A stretch of 32,000 bases of DNA from Halomicronema hongdechloris C2206 (GCF_002075285.3 NZ_CP021983.2:5520001-5552000), one strand, 5' to 3'. Shown: positions 8,234 through 19,002, counted from the first letter of the stretch. Translations and numbers: made by a program. The notes: generated by a model not told the origin, from the sequence alone.

Positions 8234-8914
8234 CTACCCGACCTCAGCGGGCATTTTGGGGAGTTCTTTGCGGCTTTCGAGGACGCGGTCGATGATGCCG
8301 TATTCCTTAGCTTCTTCGGGGTTCATATAGAACATCCGGTCGGCATCCTTTAGGATTTTGTCTAGGGATTGACCAGTATTCTTGGCCAGAATTTCCATCA
8401 TGGCCCGCTTATTATGCAGAACCTCTTTGGCCCGAATCTCGATATCGCTTGCTTGTCCCTGAGCACCGCTGCGGGGCTGATGCAGCACAATGCGGCCATG
8501 GGGCAGACTGGCCCGAAAGCCTTTGGTGCCTGAGGCTAGGATGATAGCCGCCGACCCCATCGCCTGACCAATGCAGATGGTATGGATGGGCGGCTTAATG
8601 TAACTCATGGTGTCACAGATGGCAAAGGCTTCGGTGTCGTAGCCAATCATGTTGCCGTCATACCATGAGGTGCCCGTAGAGTTGATGTAAAAGTAAATGG
8701 GCTTATCGGGATCATCGAATTGCAGGTACAACAGCTGCGCAATGATCAACTCGGTGACATCAATGCCTACCTGCTGCTTCACATCATCAGAAGAGTACAG
8801 AGGTAAACCTAGATAGACAATCCGCTCTTTGAGTAAGAGCGAGGGTAAATCCGGGGGAGGAGTGCGGTAGTAAGCATCTCCGTAGTAGGGCGCTTGCACG
8901 GCTTTAATCGTCAA
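8234..8914 (-). CDS. clpR: ClpR, a non-catalytic ClpP paralog
   Basis: 226 aa. A gapless alignment to the downstream ClpP puts Gly at the nucleophile Ser position (GQAMGSAA versus GLAASMGA) and Met at the Asp position (DADRMFY versus DTDRDYF). His is retained (VLHQP). There is an extra loop (STGTSWYDGNMIGYDTEAF). The start at 8914 is TTG; GTG 8899 is an alternative. Confidence 0.85.
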   Translation of the reverse strand: MTIKAVQAPYYGDAYYRTPPPDLPSLLLKERIVYLGLPLYSSDDVKQQVGIDVTELIIAQLLYLQFDDPDKPIYFYINSTGTSWYDGNMIGYDTEAFAICDTMSYIKPPIHTICIGQAMGSAAIILASGTKGFRASLPHGRIVLHQPRSGAQGQASDIEIRAKEVLHNKRAMMEILAKNTGQSLDKILKDADRMFYMNPEEAKEYGIIDRVLESRKELPKMPAEVG

Positions 8915-9093
8915 CTCATAAACTGCACGGCGGCGCCTGGGGCGCTATCTTTTACCTATAGTAACGCGATGGTGAAGATTGCCAGGGATGGGGTAGTCAG
9001 GCGGATATCCTCACCCGGGAATGCCAGGATAGTATTACTACTGCTGCTGTGAAAGGTTGCGGTTATTTCTTCGTCCTCCAGGAGCCCTAAGTC

Positions 9094-10341
9094 ATGAAAG
9101 TGGGTCTGCACGGTGCCTTTAATGATGCCCATGTGGATGGCGCCCAATCGGGTAGTCAACGGCAATTGGCCCTATCGGTTGCAGCCGTTGCCGATGCAGA
9201 TCAACGCCAAGCTCCGCTCAATCTCTGTCTGATTCTGGATTACAGCGGCTCTATGAACGGGGCTCCGCTACAGACAGTACAGCAGGCAGCTTATACCATT
9301 GTCGATCATCTTGATGCCCAGGATTCGCTCTCGGTGGTGGGGTTCAATCACCAAGCTCATGTGCTGGTAGCGAGTCAGCCGGTGGCGGAACGCGATCGCA
9401 TCAAGGGGCAGATCAGCCGCTTGCAGGCCAAGGGGGGCACAGCCATCGATGAAGGCCTCAAGTTAGGCATCGAAGAAGTGGCCAAGGGCAAGGAGCCCCA
9501 CCGCATTTCTCAGATATTTTTGCTGACGGATGGAGAAAACGAACACGGTGACAACGATCGCTGCCTGAAGCTGTCTACCCTGGCGGCCGATTACAACCTC
9601 ACCCTCAGCACCCTGGGGTTTGGCGATCACTGGAACCAAGATGTGCTAGAGCACTTAGCCGATGCCGGTGGCGGCAGTCTCTCCTACATTCAGAGCCCAG
9701 ACGATGCCATGGCAGCCTTCAGTCGTCTATTTGACCGGGTTCAGTCTGTGGCATTAACCAATGCCTATCTCCACCTAGAGTTTGCATCAGGGGTGCGGCT
9801 GGCGGAGTTTAAGCCCATGGCCCAGGTCTCGCCGGAGACGGTGGAGTTATCGGTGACCACCGAGGGAAATCGGGCCGCGGTGCGGCTAGGGGATTTAATG
9901 GTTGACAGGCCCCGGGTAGTCTTGGCGAATCTCTACATTGACCAGCTGTCTACAGGTCAGCAAGCCGTGGTGCGGGCCCAAGTGCAGTACGACGTTCCTG
10001 GCCAAGGGCTGCTCGATCAGACCTCTGCCCCATTAACCCTATCGCTGGCGGTGCAGTCTGCCTATGAACCGGCCCCCGATGAGGAGGTACAGCAGTATGT
10101 CTGGGCTCTGGCCAAGTATCGCCAAACTCAGATTGCCGAGCAGAAATTGCGGCAGGGGGATCGCCAGGGGGCGGTTACCCTACTGCAATCAGCGGCTCAA
10201 ACGGCTCTACAGATGGGGGATAGCAGTGCCGCCACGGTGCTGCAGGATAATGCCACTCGACTCCAGGCTGGCCAGGACCTGTCGGAGCGCGATCGCAAAC
10301 AGACCCGCATCGTCTCCAAGACTCGCCTGCAATCCCATTAA
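9094..10341 (+). CDS. von Willebrand factor type A (vWA) domain protein
   Basis: 415 aa. The MIDAS motif is LILDYSGSMNG, followed by GGTAIDEG and FLLTDGENEHG. The C-terminal half is a beta-rich region followed by a helical tail. Confidence 0.85.
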   Translation: MKVGLHGAFNDAHVDGAQSGSQRQLALSVAAVADADQRQAPLNLCLILDYSGSMNGAPLQTVQQAAYTIVDHLDAQDSLSVVGFNHQAHVLVASQPVAERDRIKGQISRLQAKGGTAIDEGLKLGIEEVAKGKEPHRISQIFLLTDGENEHGDNDRCLKLSTLAADYNLTLSTLGFGDHWNQDVLEHLADAGGGSLSYIQSPDDAMAAFSRLFDRVQSVALTNAYLHLEFASGVRLAEFKPMAQVSPETVELSVTTEGNRAAVRLGDLMVDRPRVVLANLYIDQLSTGQQAVVRAQVQYDVPGQGLLDQTSAPLTLSLAVQSAYEPAPDEEVQQYVWALAKYRQTQIAEQKLRQGDRQGAVTLLQSAAQTALQMGDSSAATVLQDNATRLQAGQDLSERDRKQTRIVSKTRLQSH

Positions 10342-10420
10342 CCCCTCCATTAACCCCTCTAGTACTGCACCACAATGATTTTGATCGGTGCAGCATCTCC
10401 CCCTCTCCCCCTCCCCAGCT

Positions 10421-11476
10421 ATGGACATCCACTGGCACCCCTTCACGGTACACAAGCGCATCCCCTTGACCATCAGTCGCGGCACCAGCCATGGCTCTAC
10501 TAATATCTGGCTGCGGCTGCAGCAGGATGGCATCGAGGGCTGGGGGGAAGCCACGTCCTTTTCCATTGGGGAGCGGGGTCAATCTAGCGATGCGATCGCA
10601 ACCGACCTCGCCTCCCTAGCCCCGGCTTTGAAGCCGTTGCATCCCTTAGATGGTCAATCCCTAGAGGATATCTTGAGCGAAGCCGGCGTCGGATCGGCCA
10701 CCCGAGCCGCCCTCGACATTGCCCGCCACGACTGGCTGGGGAAACGGGCAGGCCTGCCCCTGTGGCAACTCTGGGGCCTCGATCGCCGCCGCATCGGTCC
10801 CACCTCCGTCACCATTGGTATCAGTTCCCCCGCCGCTGCCAGCCAGCGGTTGCAGGATTGGTTACAGCAGGGACCGATTCACGCCGTTAAAGTTAAATTA
10901 GGCAGCCCCGACGGCATCGTCGCCGATCAAGCCATGCTCTCTGCCCTGCGGTCTGCCCTGCCTGCGACGACCAAGGTCAGTGTGGATGCCAACGGTGGCT
11001 GGTCTCTGCCCCAGGCACTCACCATGGCCCAGTGGTTAGCCGACCAAGGGGTCAGCTACTTGGAGCAGCCCCTAGCCCCTGGGTGGGAAGCCGATTTATA
11101 TCCCCTCCACCAAGCCTCACCCCTGCCTCTGTTTGTCGATGAGAGTTGCTTTACCAGCCAGGATATTCCGCCCCTGGCCGATCGAGTCCATGGCATTAAC
11201 ATTAAGCTGATGAAGTCCGGGGGCCTCAGCGAAGCCCTGCGCATGATCCACACGGCTCGGGCCTGTGGCCTGCAGGTCATGTTTGGCTGCTACTCCGATA
11301 GCAGCTTAGCTAATACCGCCCTGGCTCAGCTGTCTCCCCTGGCTACCCATCTGGATCTCGATAGCCATCTCAATCTCAAAGACGATCCCTTCAGCGGAGC
11401 AGATTTCCACGACGGCCACCTGATCCCCAACTCTCAACCCGGTCTAGGACTGAGTTACCATGCGCCTCACCCCTGA
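10421..11476 (+). CDS. Enolase-superfamily dipeptide epimerase (L-Ala-D/L-Glu epimerase-like, MR/MLE family)
   Basis: The ORF is open from GTG 10388; ATG 10421 (MDIHWHPFTVHKRIPLTISRG) matches the usual N-terminus. Family motifs are KxK (AVKVKLG), metal ligands (VSVDANGGW, YLEQP, FVDES) and the second catalytic Lys (INIKLMKSGG). Confidence 0.8.
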   Translation: MDIHWHPFTVHKRIPLTISRGTSHGSTNIWLRLQQDGIEGWGEATSFSIGERGQSSDAIATDLASLAPALKPLHPLDGQSLEDILSEAGVGSATRAALDIARHDWLGKRAGLPLWQLWGLDRRRIGPTSVTIGISSPAAASQRLQDWLQQGPIHAVKVKLGSPDGIVADQAMLSALRSALPATTKVSVDANGGWSLPQALTMAQWLADQGVSYLEQPLAPGWEADLYPLHQASPLPLFVDESCFTSQDIPPLADRVHGINIKLMKSGGLSEALRMIHTARACGLQVMFGCYSDSSLANTALAQLSPLATHLDLDSHLNLKDDPFSGADFHDGHLIPNSQPGLGLSYHAPHP

Positions 11477-12503
11477 GCACCGTATCGCCTTGCTGATGCA
11501 CGAAGGCACCCAAAGCCCTCGGGGTAAGACAGGGCTGGCTATGCTGCGGTATAGCCAGTTTCCGGTTGTCGCAGTCATCGACCATGATTGCGCCGGGCAA
11601 TCCTTAGCCGCCGTAGCTGGCATTGCCAAACAGATCCCCATTGTGGCTTCCGTTGAGGACGCTTTAGCCTTTGGTCCCGACGTGTTAGCCATCGGCATTG
11701 CCCCCTCCGGTGGAGCCCTGCCAGCTCCCTGGCTGCAAGAGGTCAAGCAGGCTATCAACGCTGGCCTGTGTGTTGTCAACGGCCTGCATACTCCCATGGC
11801 CCAAGATCTGGAAATGACCCGGACACTCAATCCAGGTCAATGGATCTGGGATGTGCGACAAGAACCCCCAAGTCTGCAAGTTGGTTCAGCCCTAGCCCAG
11901 ACCCTGCAATGCCGGCGAGTTTTAACGGTAGGCACTGATATGTCTGTCGGCAAGATGTCCACCAATCTAGAACTCCATCGAGCCAGCCTGAAGCGAGGCC
12001 TGCGCTCCAAGGTGATTGCGACGGGACAGACCAACCTGATGCTAGGGGATGATGGCATTCCATTAGATGCCGTCAGGGTAGACTTTGCCTCCGGCGCCGT
12101 CGAGCAACAGGTGATGCGCTACGGACCTGACCATGACATTCTCTATATCGAAGGCCAGGGATCTTTACTAAACCCGGCCTCTACGGCCACTCTGCCGCTG
12201 CTGCGGGGCGCCCAACCGACTCATCTAATTCTGGTCCATCGAGCCGGCCAAACCCATATTCGCAACTGTCCCCAGATTCCGGTTCCCCCTTTGCCCAAAG
12301 TCATTCACCTGTACGAAACCGTTGCCACCGCCGCTGGAGCCTTTAGTTTCACTAAGGTGGTTGGCATCGCCCTCAATACGGGCGATCTCGATCAAGGGGA
12401 GGCTGCGATCGCAATTCAATCTACCCAAGCAGCCACAGGCCTACCCTGCACCGACGTTTTCCGCTTTGGACCAACCCCGCTCCTAGAGGCTATTCTGGCC
12501 TGA
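11460..12503 (+). CDS. DUF1611-family P-loop-like protein (the family reported as partner of dipeptide-epimerase-like genes)
   Basis: 347 aa. The motif VLTVGTDMSVGKMSTNLEL and the overall length are typical of DUF1611. The start overlaps the epimerase stop by 17 nt. Assignment is by recollection of the family signature, not by search. Confidence 0.65.
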   Translation: MRLTPEHRIALLMHEGTQSPRGKTGLAMLRYSQFPVVAVIDHDCAGQSLAAVAGIAKQIPIVASVEDALAFGPDVLAIGIAPSGGALPAPWLQEVKQAINAGLCVVNGLHTPMAQDLEMTRTLNPGQWIWDVRQEPPSLQVGSALAQTLQCRRVLTVGTDMSVGKMSTNLELHRASLKRGLRSKVIATGQTNLMLGDDGIPLDAVRVDFASGAVEQQVMRYGPDHDILYIEGQGSLLNPASTATLPLLRGAQPTHLILVHRAGQTHIRNCPQIPVPPLPKVIHLYETVATAAGAFSFTKVVGIALNTGDLDQGEAAIAIQSTQAATGLPCTDVFRFGPTPLLEAILA

Positions 12504-12538
12504 TACAGCTGGGAGCCACCATTGATTAGCTACCAGAC

Positions 12539-12763
12539 CTATTTCTTCCGCAAGCGATAAGTAATACGCCCTTTCGTGAGGTCATAGGGGGTCAATTCCA
12601 CCTTAACCCGATCCCCAGGCAAGATTTTGATGTAGTTTCGCCGGATTTTACCGGAAATATGGGCTAACACATTGAAGCCATTGTCCAAATCCACCCGAAA
12701 CATGGCGTTAGGCAACGATTCTGTCACCGTTCCTTCCATCTCAATAAGATCTTGCTTAGACAA
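12539..12763 (-). CDS. infA: Translation initiation factor IF-1
   Basis: [74 protein letters not shown] call the start at TTG 12763, which is preceded by AAGGAG with a 9-nt spacer. The ORF-track start at 12793 is also TTG, lacks an SD, and would add 10 non-homologous residues. Confidence 0.93.
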
Positions 12764-13054
12764 GTAGCTAATCTCCTTAACTGCGAACGACAAATAAAAA
12801 TGCCCCGAAGCAAGCTCATCTAGTCCCCGTCTACTGACTGCATGCCTTGCGCCGCTGCTAACAGCGAGCAGCCCATAGCCATTTACAGTAGACCAGCGAC
12901 CAGTAGCATCTCTACGGAGCCTTGAGTTGATTAGTATTGTTTTCTTAAGCCTAGCAAATAAGCGTTAATTTTCGTATCACTCTCGAGAACGACCCCGGGA
13001 GAAAACATAGCCCCCCTTTCGTTGGTTGTGCTCTGACCAGCACCTCTACAGCCG

Positions 13055-13630
13055 TCAACTAGCCCCTGCAATATCATCAGGCTGAATTAACTTAGTGAGC
13101 TCAGCGGTCACTGCCTCCATGATCTGATTACCATCTACAGAGATTAATTGCTGCCGCTGGCGATAAAAGTCGATCAGGGGCTCTGTCTGCTGTCGATAGA
13201 CCTGTAATCGATGGCGAATCACCGCTTCAGTGTCATCTTTACGCCCCCGACTGAGTAATCTCACCAGCAGCACCTCGTCAGGCACCTCCAGATTTACAAC
13301 GCAATCATAGGGCTGAGCCAACTCACTTAATAGGTCATCTAGAAACTCAGCTTGGGGAACATTACGGGGAAACCCGTCTAGAATCCAACCCGCTTGTGCG
13401 TCTGCTTGCAGAAGCCGTTCCCGAATTAATCCCAGCATCAATTGATCCGGAACCAACTCTCCAGCATGCATATAATGTTCAGCTTTCTTGCCTAGCTCTG
13501 TCTGCTGGCCAACGGCTGTCCGCAGAATAGCTCCCGTAGAAATATGAGGCAGCTGGCAAATGTCAGCCAGAATCTGCGCTTGAGTGCCTTTACCGGCTCC
13601 AGGAGGGCCCAAAAAAATCAGTCGTGTCAC
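13055..13630 (-). CDS. adk: Adenylate kinase
   Basis: 191 aa. The P-loop is [16 protein letters not shown], followed by [13 protein letters not shown]. The GTG start shares one base with the secY stop (TAGTG). Confidence 0.95.
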   Translation of the reverse strand: MTRLIFLGPPGAGKGTQAQILADICQLPHISTGAILRTAVGQQTELGKKAEHYMHAGELVPDQLMLGLIRERLLQADAQAGWILDGFPRNVPQAEFLDDLLSELAQPYDCVVNLEVPDEVLLVRLLSRGRKDDTEAVIRHRLQVYRQQTEPLIDFYRQRQQLISVDGNQIMEAVTAELTKLIQPDDIAGAS

Positions 13631-14943
13631 TATTGCTTCACCATCCCTTCGTAGCGCTGGGAGATCACATAGGTCTGAATCTGCTTGGCGGTATCGATGG
13701 CAACCCCCACCAAAATCAGCAGAGATGTCGCCCCTAACCCTCGGAAGGTTTGCACGCGCGTAGCACTCTCTACAGCACTGGGAATAACAGCTACTAACCC
13801 CAAGAAAATGGCGCCTAAAAAGGTTAGACGATTCAATACCCGCCCGATATACTCAGTGGTGGCTTTGCCGGGCCGGATACCCGGAATACTGGCCCCCATT
13901 TTCTTCAAGTTCCGGGACATATCCTCTGGATTCACCACCAGAGACGCGTAGAAATAGCTGAAGAAGAGGATTAAGAGTAAGTAGAGGGTGATATAGAGCC
14001 AGGAGGTTGTATCGAAATAGGTATTGACAAACTCTACGAAAGCAGGATTAGAAATATACTGACTCAAGGACAGGGGCAATACCAACACTGCTGAGGCAAA
14101 GATAATCGGCATTACGCCCCCTTGATTCAGGCGCAATGGCAAGTAGTTACTCTGCTCTAAATACAACTTACGACCAACTTGGCGACGAGCCGAAATGATG
14201 GGAATTCTCCGCGTTCCCTCCTGCACGAACACAATGCCCACGATCATCGCCAGGAACACCAACAGCAGAATAATCACACCGCCTACCAAACTCCGATCCC
14301 CACTCTGGGCCAGTTCTATAGTCTGGCCCAGGGAGCGGGGTAGAGTCGAGACAATATTGATGAAAATGAGCAGTGACGCTCCATTGCCAATGCCACGCTC
14401 CGTGATCAGCTCACCCACCCACATGACAAACATAGAGCCTGCGGTTAGGGCAATCACCGTCTGCAGCACAAAAACAGGGCCCGGCTGCTCGGCAAAGGGC
14501 ATCAACAAGAACAGCGATAACAGCGTGCTCTGCAAGACTGCCCAGCCTAAGGCAACATAGCGAGTAATCTGAGAAATTTTACGACGGCCGGCTTCGCCCT
14601 CATTCTTCTGTAGGTCTTCTAGCGCTGGCAGCGCCGCCGTGAGCAGCTGCATGATGATCGAGGCATTGATATAGGGCAGGATCCCTAAAGCAAAAATACC
14701 TAGGGCCGAGAGGCCGCCGCCCACAAAGATATCAATGAACCCGATGAATCCGCCTAGTCCCCCCCCCTGAATAGCCTCGGAAAAGGCAGCTCGGTCGATG
14801 CCGGGAACTGGGATAAACACCCCTAGACGCACCAATACCAGCAACCCTAGGGTTACCAGTACGCGACCCCTGAGCCCAGCCGCCTGAGCCATTTGCATAA
14901 AAGTTTCCTGGGCACTCGGGGCTTTGCCTCGACTGACAATCAT
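13630..14943 (-). CDS. secY: Preprotein translocase subunit SecY
   Basis: 437 aa polytopic protein with a SecY signature ([30 protein letters not shown]). It occupies the canonical position between rplO and adk. Confidence 0.96.
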   Translation of the reverse strand: MIVSRGKAPSAQETFMQMAQAAGLRGRVLVTLGLLVLVRLGVFIPVPGIDRAAFSEAIQGGGLGGFIGFIDIFVGGGLSALGIFALGILPYINASIIMQLLTAALPALEDLQKNEGEAGRRKISQITRYVALGWAVLQSTLLSLFLLMPFAEQPGPVFVLQTVIALTAGSMFVMWVGELITERGIGNGASLLIFINIVSTLPRSLGQTIELAQSGDRSLVGGVIILLLVFLAMIVGIVFVQEGTRRIPIISARRQVGRKLYLEQSNYLPLRLNQGGVMPIIFASAVLVLPLSLSQYISNPAFVEFVNTYFDTTSWLYITLYLLLILFFSYFYASLVVNPEDMSRNLKKMGASIPGIRPGKATTEYIGRVLNRLTFLGAIFLGLVAVIPSAVESATRVQTFRGLGATSLLILVGVAIDTAKQIQTYVISQRYEGMVKQ

Positions 14944-15047
14944 GCGTAAATTCCTCTAGGCTTGACTATTACAGCCAACATAACTCACTCCTACAATTGG
15001 CTCTGCCTGACGTCAAGCAATGCTATCTGCCTTAGAGCCCTCTCGCC

Positions 15048-15494
15048 TCAGTTAACCACTTCACACTGGCCACCCGCTGCCTCAATTTTAGCTTGAGCGC
15101 TGCGGGAGAACGCTGCTGCTTTAACTGTCAATGCCTGATCAATCTCTCCATCTCCTAGCACCTTCAGAGGACCATTATTGGCCGTTAAGATCCCAGCCTC
15201 CATCAAAGACTCCAGAGTAACCTCAGCCCCAGCCTCCAAGCTAGCTAATTGCTTTAGGTTAATCAGGGTATATTTGGCAGGGTTCACCCGGGGAAAATGC
15301 TTTAGCTTAGGAATCCGGCGATAAAGGGGAAGTTGGCCCCCTTCAAATCCGGGTCGAGTTCCTCGACCTGAGCGAGACTTTTGACCCCGCATGCCAAACC
15401 CACCACTAGCTCCTTGCCCGGCTGCAATTCCCCGCCCTATACGGCGACGGCGACGTTTGGACCCTGCCTTTGCTCGTACATCATTTAGTCTCAT
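15048..15494 (-). CDS. rplO: 50S ribosomal protein L15
   Basis: 148 aa. [32 protein letters not shown]...; positioned after rpsE. Confidence 0.95.
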   Translation of the reverse strand: MRLNDVRAKAGSKRRRRRIGRGIAAGQGASGGFGMRGQKSRSGRGTRPGFEGGQLPLYRRIPKLKHFPRVNPAKYTLINLKQLASLEAGAEVTLESLMEAGILTANNGPLKVLGDGEIDQALTVKAAAFSRSAQAKIEAAGGQCEVVN

Positions 15495-15525
15495 AGCTGC
15501 TCTCTCAACTTAGGTCTAGTCATCA

Positions 15526-16050
15526 TTACGAGTAGAGCTGTTCTACCGAAACATCTCGCTCTTCAGCAACATCTCCTAGAGTTCGTAGGGCAGCTAGGGC
15601 GTTGGCTGCAGCGCGAGCATTATTTAGGGGATTATCCGATCCTAGCTGCTTAGCGAGGACATTACGAACCCCCGCCAGCTCTAACACGGTGCGCACGGCT
15701 CCACCGGCAATCACCCCAGTACCTGGACCAGCAGGACGCATAAAAACCTTAGCGCCACCACCCGCTCCGGTGGAGGGATGGGGGATAGAATAGGATTTGG
15801 TTAGTGGCACATCGACAAGATGTTTCTTGCCATCAGCGACCCCTTTCTTGACCGCACCAATAACATCGCCGGCCTTGCCAACGCCAACGCCAACTTGACC
15901 ACGCTCATTCCCAACGACAACAATGGCTCGGAAACTAAGTTTTTTACCACCTTTAACGACTTTGGTCACTCGGCGGATTTGAACGACGCGCTCTTGCCAG
16001 TCGGTGTCTTTCTCGCGGTTTCGTGTGCCTTTACGACGATTTGCTGCCAT
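15526..16050 (-). CDS. rpsE: 30S ribosomal protein S5
   Basis: 174 aa. [29 protein letters not shown]. Confidence 0.96.
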   Translation of the reverse strand: MAANRRKGTRNREKDTDWQERVVQIRRVTKVVKGGKKLSFRAIVVVGNERGQVGVGVGKAGDVIGAVKKGVADGKKHLVDVPLTKSYSIPHPSTGAGGGAKVFMRPAGPGTGVIAGGAVRTVLELAGVRNVLAKQLGSDNPLNNARAAANALAALRTLGDVAEERDVSVEQLYS

Positions 16051-16183
16051 TTCTCTTTGCCTTTATACGCCATTTAGGTCTAGATATAGCTCTGACCGAT
16101 TTCGACTGCCCCACAGCCTAGGCTTAGTTAGAGTTTCACCTAGAAAAATCTTAGACCGCCGAAGCTAACCCTGGTCTAGCTCT

Positions 16184-16543
16184 TTAGAAGTTAAGCCCAG
16201 CATCTCGAGCAGCATTAGCCAGAGCGGCAATACGACCGTGATATATCTTGCCTCCCCGATCAAATACAACCCGAGAGATGCCCTGTTGTAGTGCTCGCTC
16301 GGCAACCAACTGTCCCACTTTAGCGGAGGCTTCCTGGGTGGCAGAGGCATGAGCCTGACGCAGCTCTGACTCCAATGTGGAGGCAGCTGCCAGTGTATGC
16401 TGGCGCGTGTCGTCAATAACTTGCGCGTAGATATGTTGGTTAGAACGATATATCGATAATCGGGGCCGCTCTGGAGTACCGAAGACTTTCCGCCGAATCC
16501 GAGCGTGCCGACGCCGGGTGAGTGATTTGCGACTGAGTTTCAT
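16184..16543 (-). CDS. rplR: 50S ribosomal protein L18
   Basis: 119 aa. [36 protein letters not shown]. Confidence 0.96.
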   Translation of the reverse strand: MKLSRKSLTRRRHARIRRKVFGTPERPRLSIYRSNQHIYAQVIDDTRQHTLAAASTLESELRQAHASATQEASAKVGQLVAERALQQGISRVVFDRGGKIYHGRIAALANAARDAGLNF

Positions 16544-16546
16544 AGC

Positions 16547-17086
16547 CTATTTCTTCCCTGCCTTACCAGCTTTGCGTTTGACGTACTCGCCAGCGTAGCG
16601 GATGCCCTTGCCCTTGTAAGGCTCTGGTGGCCGCACCCCCCGAACCCGAGCAGCGACATTACCGACGATTTCCTTATCGATGCCACTGATGATGACATTA
16701 GTGTTGTTCTCAACAGCAAATTGAATCCCCTGAGGAGGCGCAATCGTAACAGGGTTGCTGTATCCAACACTCATGGTCAGATTACTTCCCTGAATTTGAG
16801 CCCGGTAGCCAACTCCCTGAATTTCTAATCGCTTCTGAAAACCTTGGGAAACCCCTTCTACCATGTTGGCCACGAGGGTACGACAGAGACCATGACGCTC
16901 CCGACAACGACGCGACTCATCACGACGCGTTACCACTAAGACATCACCATCTTGCTCAACGATGACCTCTGGCGGCAGGGTGCGAGAGAGTTCCCCTTTG
17001 GGACCCTTCACACTAACAGTCTGACCGTCAAGGGTGACAGTTACTTTAGCGGGAATAGGGATAGGACGTTTTCCAATGCGAGACAT
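16547..17086 (-). CDS. rplF: 50S ribosomal protein L6
   Basis: [36 protein letters not shown] 17086 is preferred because GAGGAG lies 11 nt upstream. The TTG at 17095 in the ORF track is only 2 nt from that SD. Confidence 0.95.
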   Translation of the reverse strand: MSRIGKRPIPIPAKVTVTLDGQTVSVKGPKGELSRTLPPEVIVEQDGDVLVVTRRDESRRCRERHGLCRTLVANMVEGVSQGFQKRLEIQGVGYRAQIQGSNLTMSVGYSNPVTIAPPQGIQFAVENNTNVIISGIDKEIVGNVAARVRGVRPPEPYKGKGIRYAGEYVKRKAGKAGKK

Positions 17087-17140
17087 AGCCGTCAATGCTC
17101 CTCGTGCATAACTTAAAGCGTGATTGATAGGGCACAGATC

Positions 17141-17542
17141 CTACCAGATGTAGCAGAGAACTTCTCCACCAATGCCACGGCGACGGGCATCCCGATCGGT
17201 CATGATGCCACTGGAGGTAGAAATGATGGCGATTCCAATGCCACCGAGTACCCGGGGCAACTCCTTACGGTTGGAATACACTCGCAGTCCTGGTTTACTT
17301 ACTCGGGTTAGGTTCTTGATGATTGGATCACGATTTTTGCCCTTATATTTAAGAGCCAATATCAACTGCTGCTTAATACCATCACCAGCCTCGCTGATAT
17401 CATCAATGAACCCCTCTTCCCTCAGAACGTGAGCGATGCTGCGGGTCATTTTAGTCGAGGGAATGTGGACTGTTCGATGACGTGCGAGATTGGCATTCCG
17501 AATGCGCGTCAGCATGTCCGCAATTGTGTCGTTAGCCGCCAT
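17141..17542 (-). CDS. rpsH: 30S ribosomal protein S8
   Basis: 133 aa. [19 protein letters not shown]...GGEVLCYIW. Confidence 0.96.
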   Translation of the reverse strand: MAANDTIADMLTRIRNANLARHRTVHIPSTKMTRSIAHVLREEGFIDDISEAGDGIKQQLILALKYKGKNRDPIIKNLTRVSKPGLRVYSNRKELPRVLGGIGIAIISTSSGIMTDRDARRRGIGGEVLCYIW

Positions 17543-17566
17543 AGTCTTCTCTTAAGTAAACCTGCC

Positions 17567-18112
17567 TCAATTCTCCCGGAATGGCATGCCCAGTTCCTTG
17601 AGCAGCGCCCGTCCCTCTTCGTCGGTATTGGCTGTGGTCACGATGGTGATGTCCATGCCACGAATCTGATCGATGCTGTCGTAGTTGATCTCAGGAAAGA
17701 TGAGTTGCTCTCGCAATCCCAAGGTAAAGTTGCCACGCCCATCAAAACTCCTGGAAGTGATCCCTCGAAAATCCCGGATGCGCGGTAAAGCCAGATTGAC
17801 TAAGCGATTCAAAAAGGCGTACATCCGATTGGAACGCAGGGTTACCATGACTCCCACTGGCATACCTTGGCGAATCTTGAAACCTGCGATCGCACGTTTA
17901 GCGCGAGTCACCACTGGCCGCTGTCCTGTAATCAAAGACAGTTCCTCAATCGAAGACTCTAAGGCCTTAGCATTTTGAGATGCTTCCCCTAGACCGCGAT
18001 TGATAGTCACCTTTACTAGCTTAGGTACCTGATGGATGTTCCGATATTGGAACTGCTCCATCAAATTAGGCACTACTTTGTCGTAATAGAACGTTTTCAG
18101 TTGATCTGCCAT
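17567..18112 (-). CDS. rplE: 50S ribosomal protein L5
   Basis: 181 aa. [39 protein letters not shown]. Confidence 0.96.
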   Translation of the reverse strand: MADQLKTFYYDKVVPNLMEQFQYRNIHQVPKLVKVTINRGLGEASQNAKALESSIEELSLITGQRPVVTRAKRAIAGFKIRQGMPVGVMVTLRSNRMYAFLNRLVNLALPRIRDFRGITSRSFDGRGNFTLGLREQLIFPEINYDSIDQIRGMDITIVTTANTDEEGRALLKELGMPFREN

Positions 18113-18265
18113 GACACTTTCTTACCTTATCCCTGGGCTTGGTCAGGGAACTAATCGTGAATTGCAATTGGGGCTACCCCCTGATGACATCGACAACTGT
18201 ACCAAGTCTAGTTGGAGACTATTGTTGCCTGCCGATGGCTCTTCAGGCCTAAACTTGGTCAAGAT

Positions 18266-18616
18266 TTAATCAATCACCTCACCAGTTTTCTTCAACATTC
18301 GCACCTTACGCCCCTCATCGGTAAAGGTATGACAAATGCGGCTAGCGACCTTTTCCTTTTCGGAATAATGCATCACATTAGAGCTATGAATCACGGCTTC
18401 TTCTGTGACAATCTGGCCAGACTCGCCCTCTTGCCGAGGCTTAACATGCTTGGTTCGAATGTTAACGCCAGCGACAATCACCTGGCTCGACTTAGGAAAC
18501 GCGGCTAGCACATCACCCACTTTTCCCTTATCTTTGCCAGCAATTATTTGGACGGTATCTCCCTTTTTGACATGCATCTTGTGTCGAACAGGCATTTGTT
18601 TATGTCTTGCCACCAT
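18266..18616 (-). CDS. rplX: 50S ribosomal protein L24
   Basis: 116 aa. [24 protein letters not shown]. The ATG overlaps the rplN TGA (TGATG). Confidence 0.95.
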   Translation of the reverse strand: MVARHKQMPVRHKMHVKKGDTVQIIAGKDKGKVGDVLAAFPKSSQVIVAGVNIRTKHVKPRQEGESGQIVTEEAVIHSSNVMHYSEKEKVASRICHTFTDEGRKVRMLKKTGEVID

Positions 18617-18981
18617 CAGAGCACCTCCGGAGCCAGCGATACGATCTTGGTGAAGTTCTTGTCTCGCAGTTCCCGAGCAACGGGGCCAAATACCCGGGTT
18701 CCTCTGGGATTGCCGTCCTTATTAATAATGACGGCGGCGTTATCATCAAACCGAATGCTCATACCACTGCTGCGCCGCAGTCCCTTGCGTGTTCGTACAA
18801 CCACCGCTTGAACCACATCCGACTTCTTAACTGCCATGTTGGGCATGGCATCCTTTACCACCGCGACAACGACATCACCGACGCCAGCATACTGGCGATT
18901 GCCTCCCAACACACGGATACACATCAATTTACGAGCACCGCTGTTATCGGCCACATTAAGATAGGACTCTTGCTGAATCAT
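18616..18981 (-). CDS. rplN: 50S ribosomal protein L14
   Basis: 121 aa. [26 protein letters not shown]. Confidence 0.97.
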   Translation of the reverse strand: MIQQESYLNVADNSGARKLMCIRVLGGNRQYAGVGDVVVAVVKDAMPNMAVKKSDVVQAVVVRTRKGLRRSSGMSIRFDDNAAVIINKDGNPRGTRVFGPVARELRDKNFTKIVSLAPEVL

Positions 18982-19002
18982 GGCTGATCTCCTCTAATCC
19001 TC

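Noticed and set aside
8956-9165. A 69-aa minus-strand ORF in the clpR-vWA divergent region.
   Set aside because: It overlaps the vWA start, has no motif or RBS, and sits in a likely promoter region.
9094-10341. The vWA protein as the core of a conflict, defence or signalling system (vWA-MoxR, or vWA with FHA/PP2C/kinase partners).
   Set aside because: No AAA+ MoxR, FHA, PP2C, kinase or effector gene is adjacent. Its neighbours are clpR (divergent) and a metabolic epimerase. It also carries HIP1 copies like the surrounding core genes.
12764-12793. A longer infA starting at 12793.
   Set aside because: That start is also TTG, lacks an SD, and adds [10 protein letters not shown], which is not part of IF-1. 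The AAGGAG for the 12763 start lies inside this extension.
15008-15015. A perfect 8-bp palindrome TGACGTCA in the rplO-secY spacer.
   Set aside because: It is short enough to occur by chance, has no flanking promoter elements, and I know of no cyanobacterial regulator with this site.
18452-18460. GGTTCGAAT, a tRNA T-loop-like motif.
   Set aside because: It lies inside the rplX coding sequence with no flanking acceptor, D-arm or anticodon-arm complementarity. I found no tRNA-like cloverleaf in any intergenic region.
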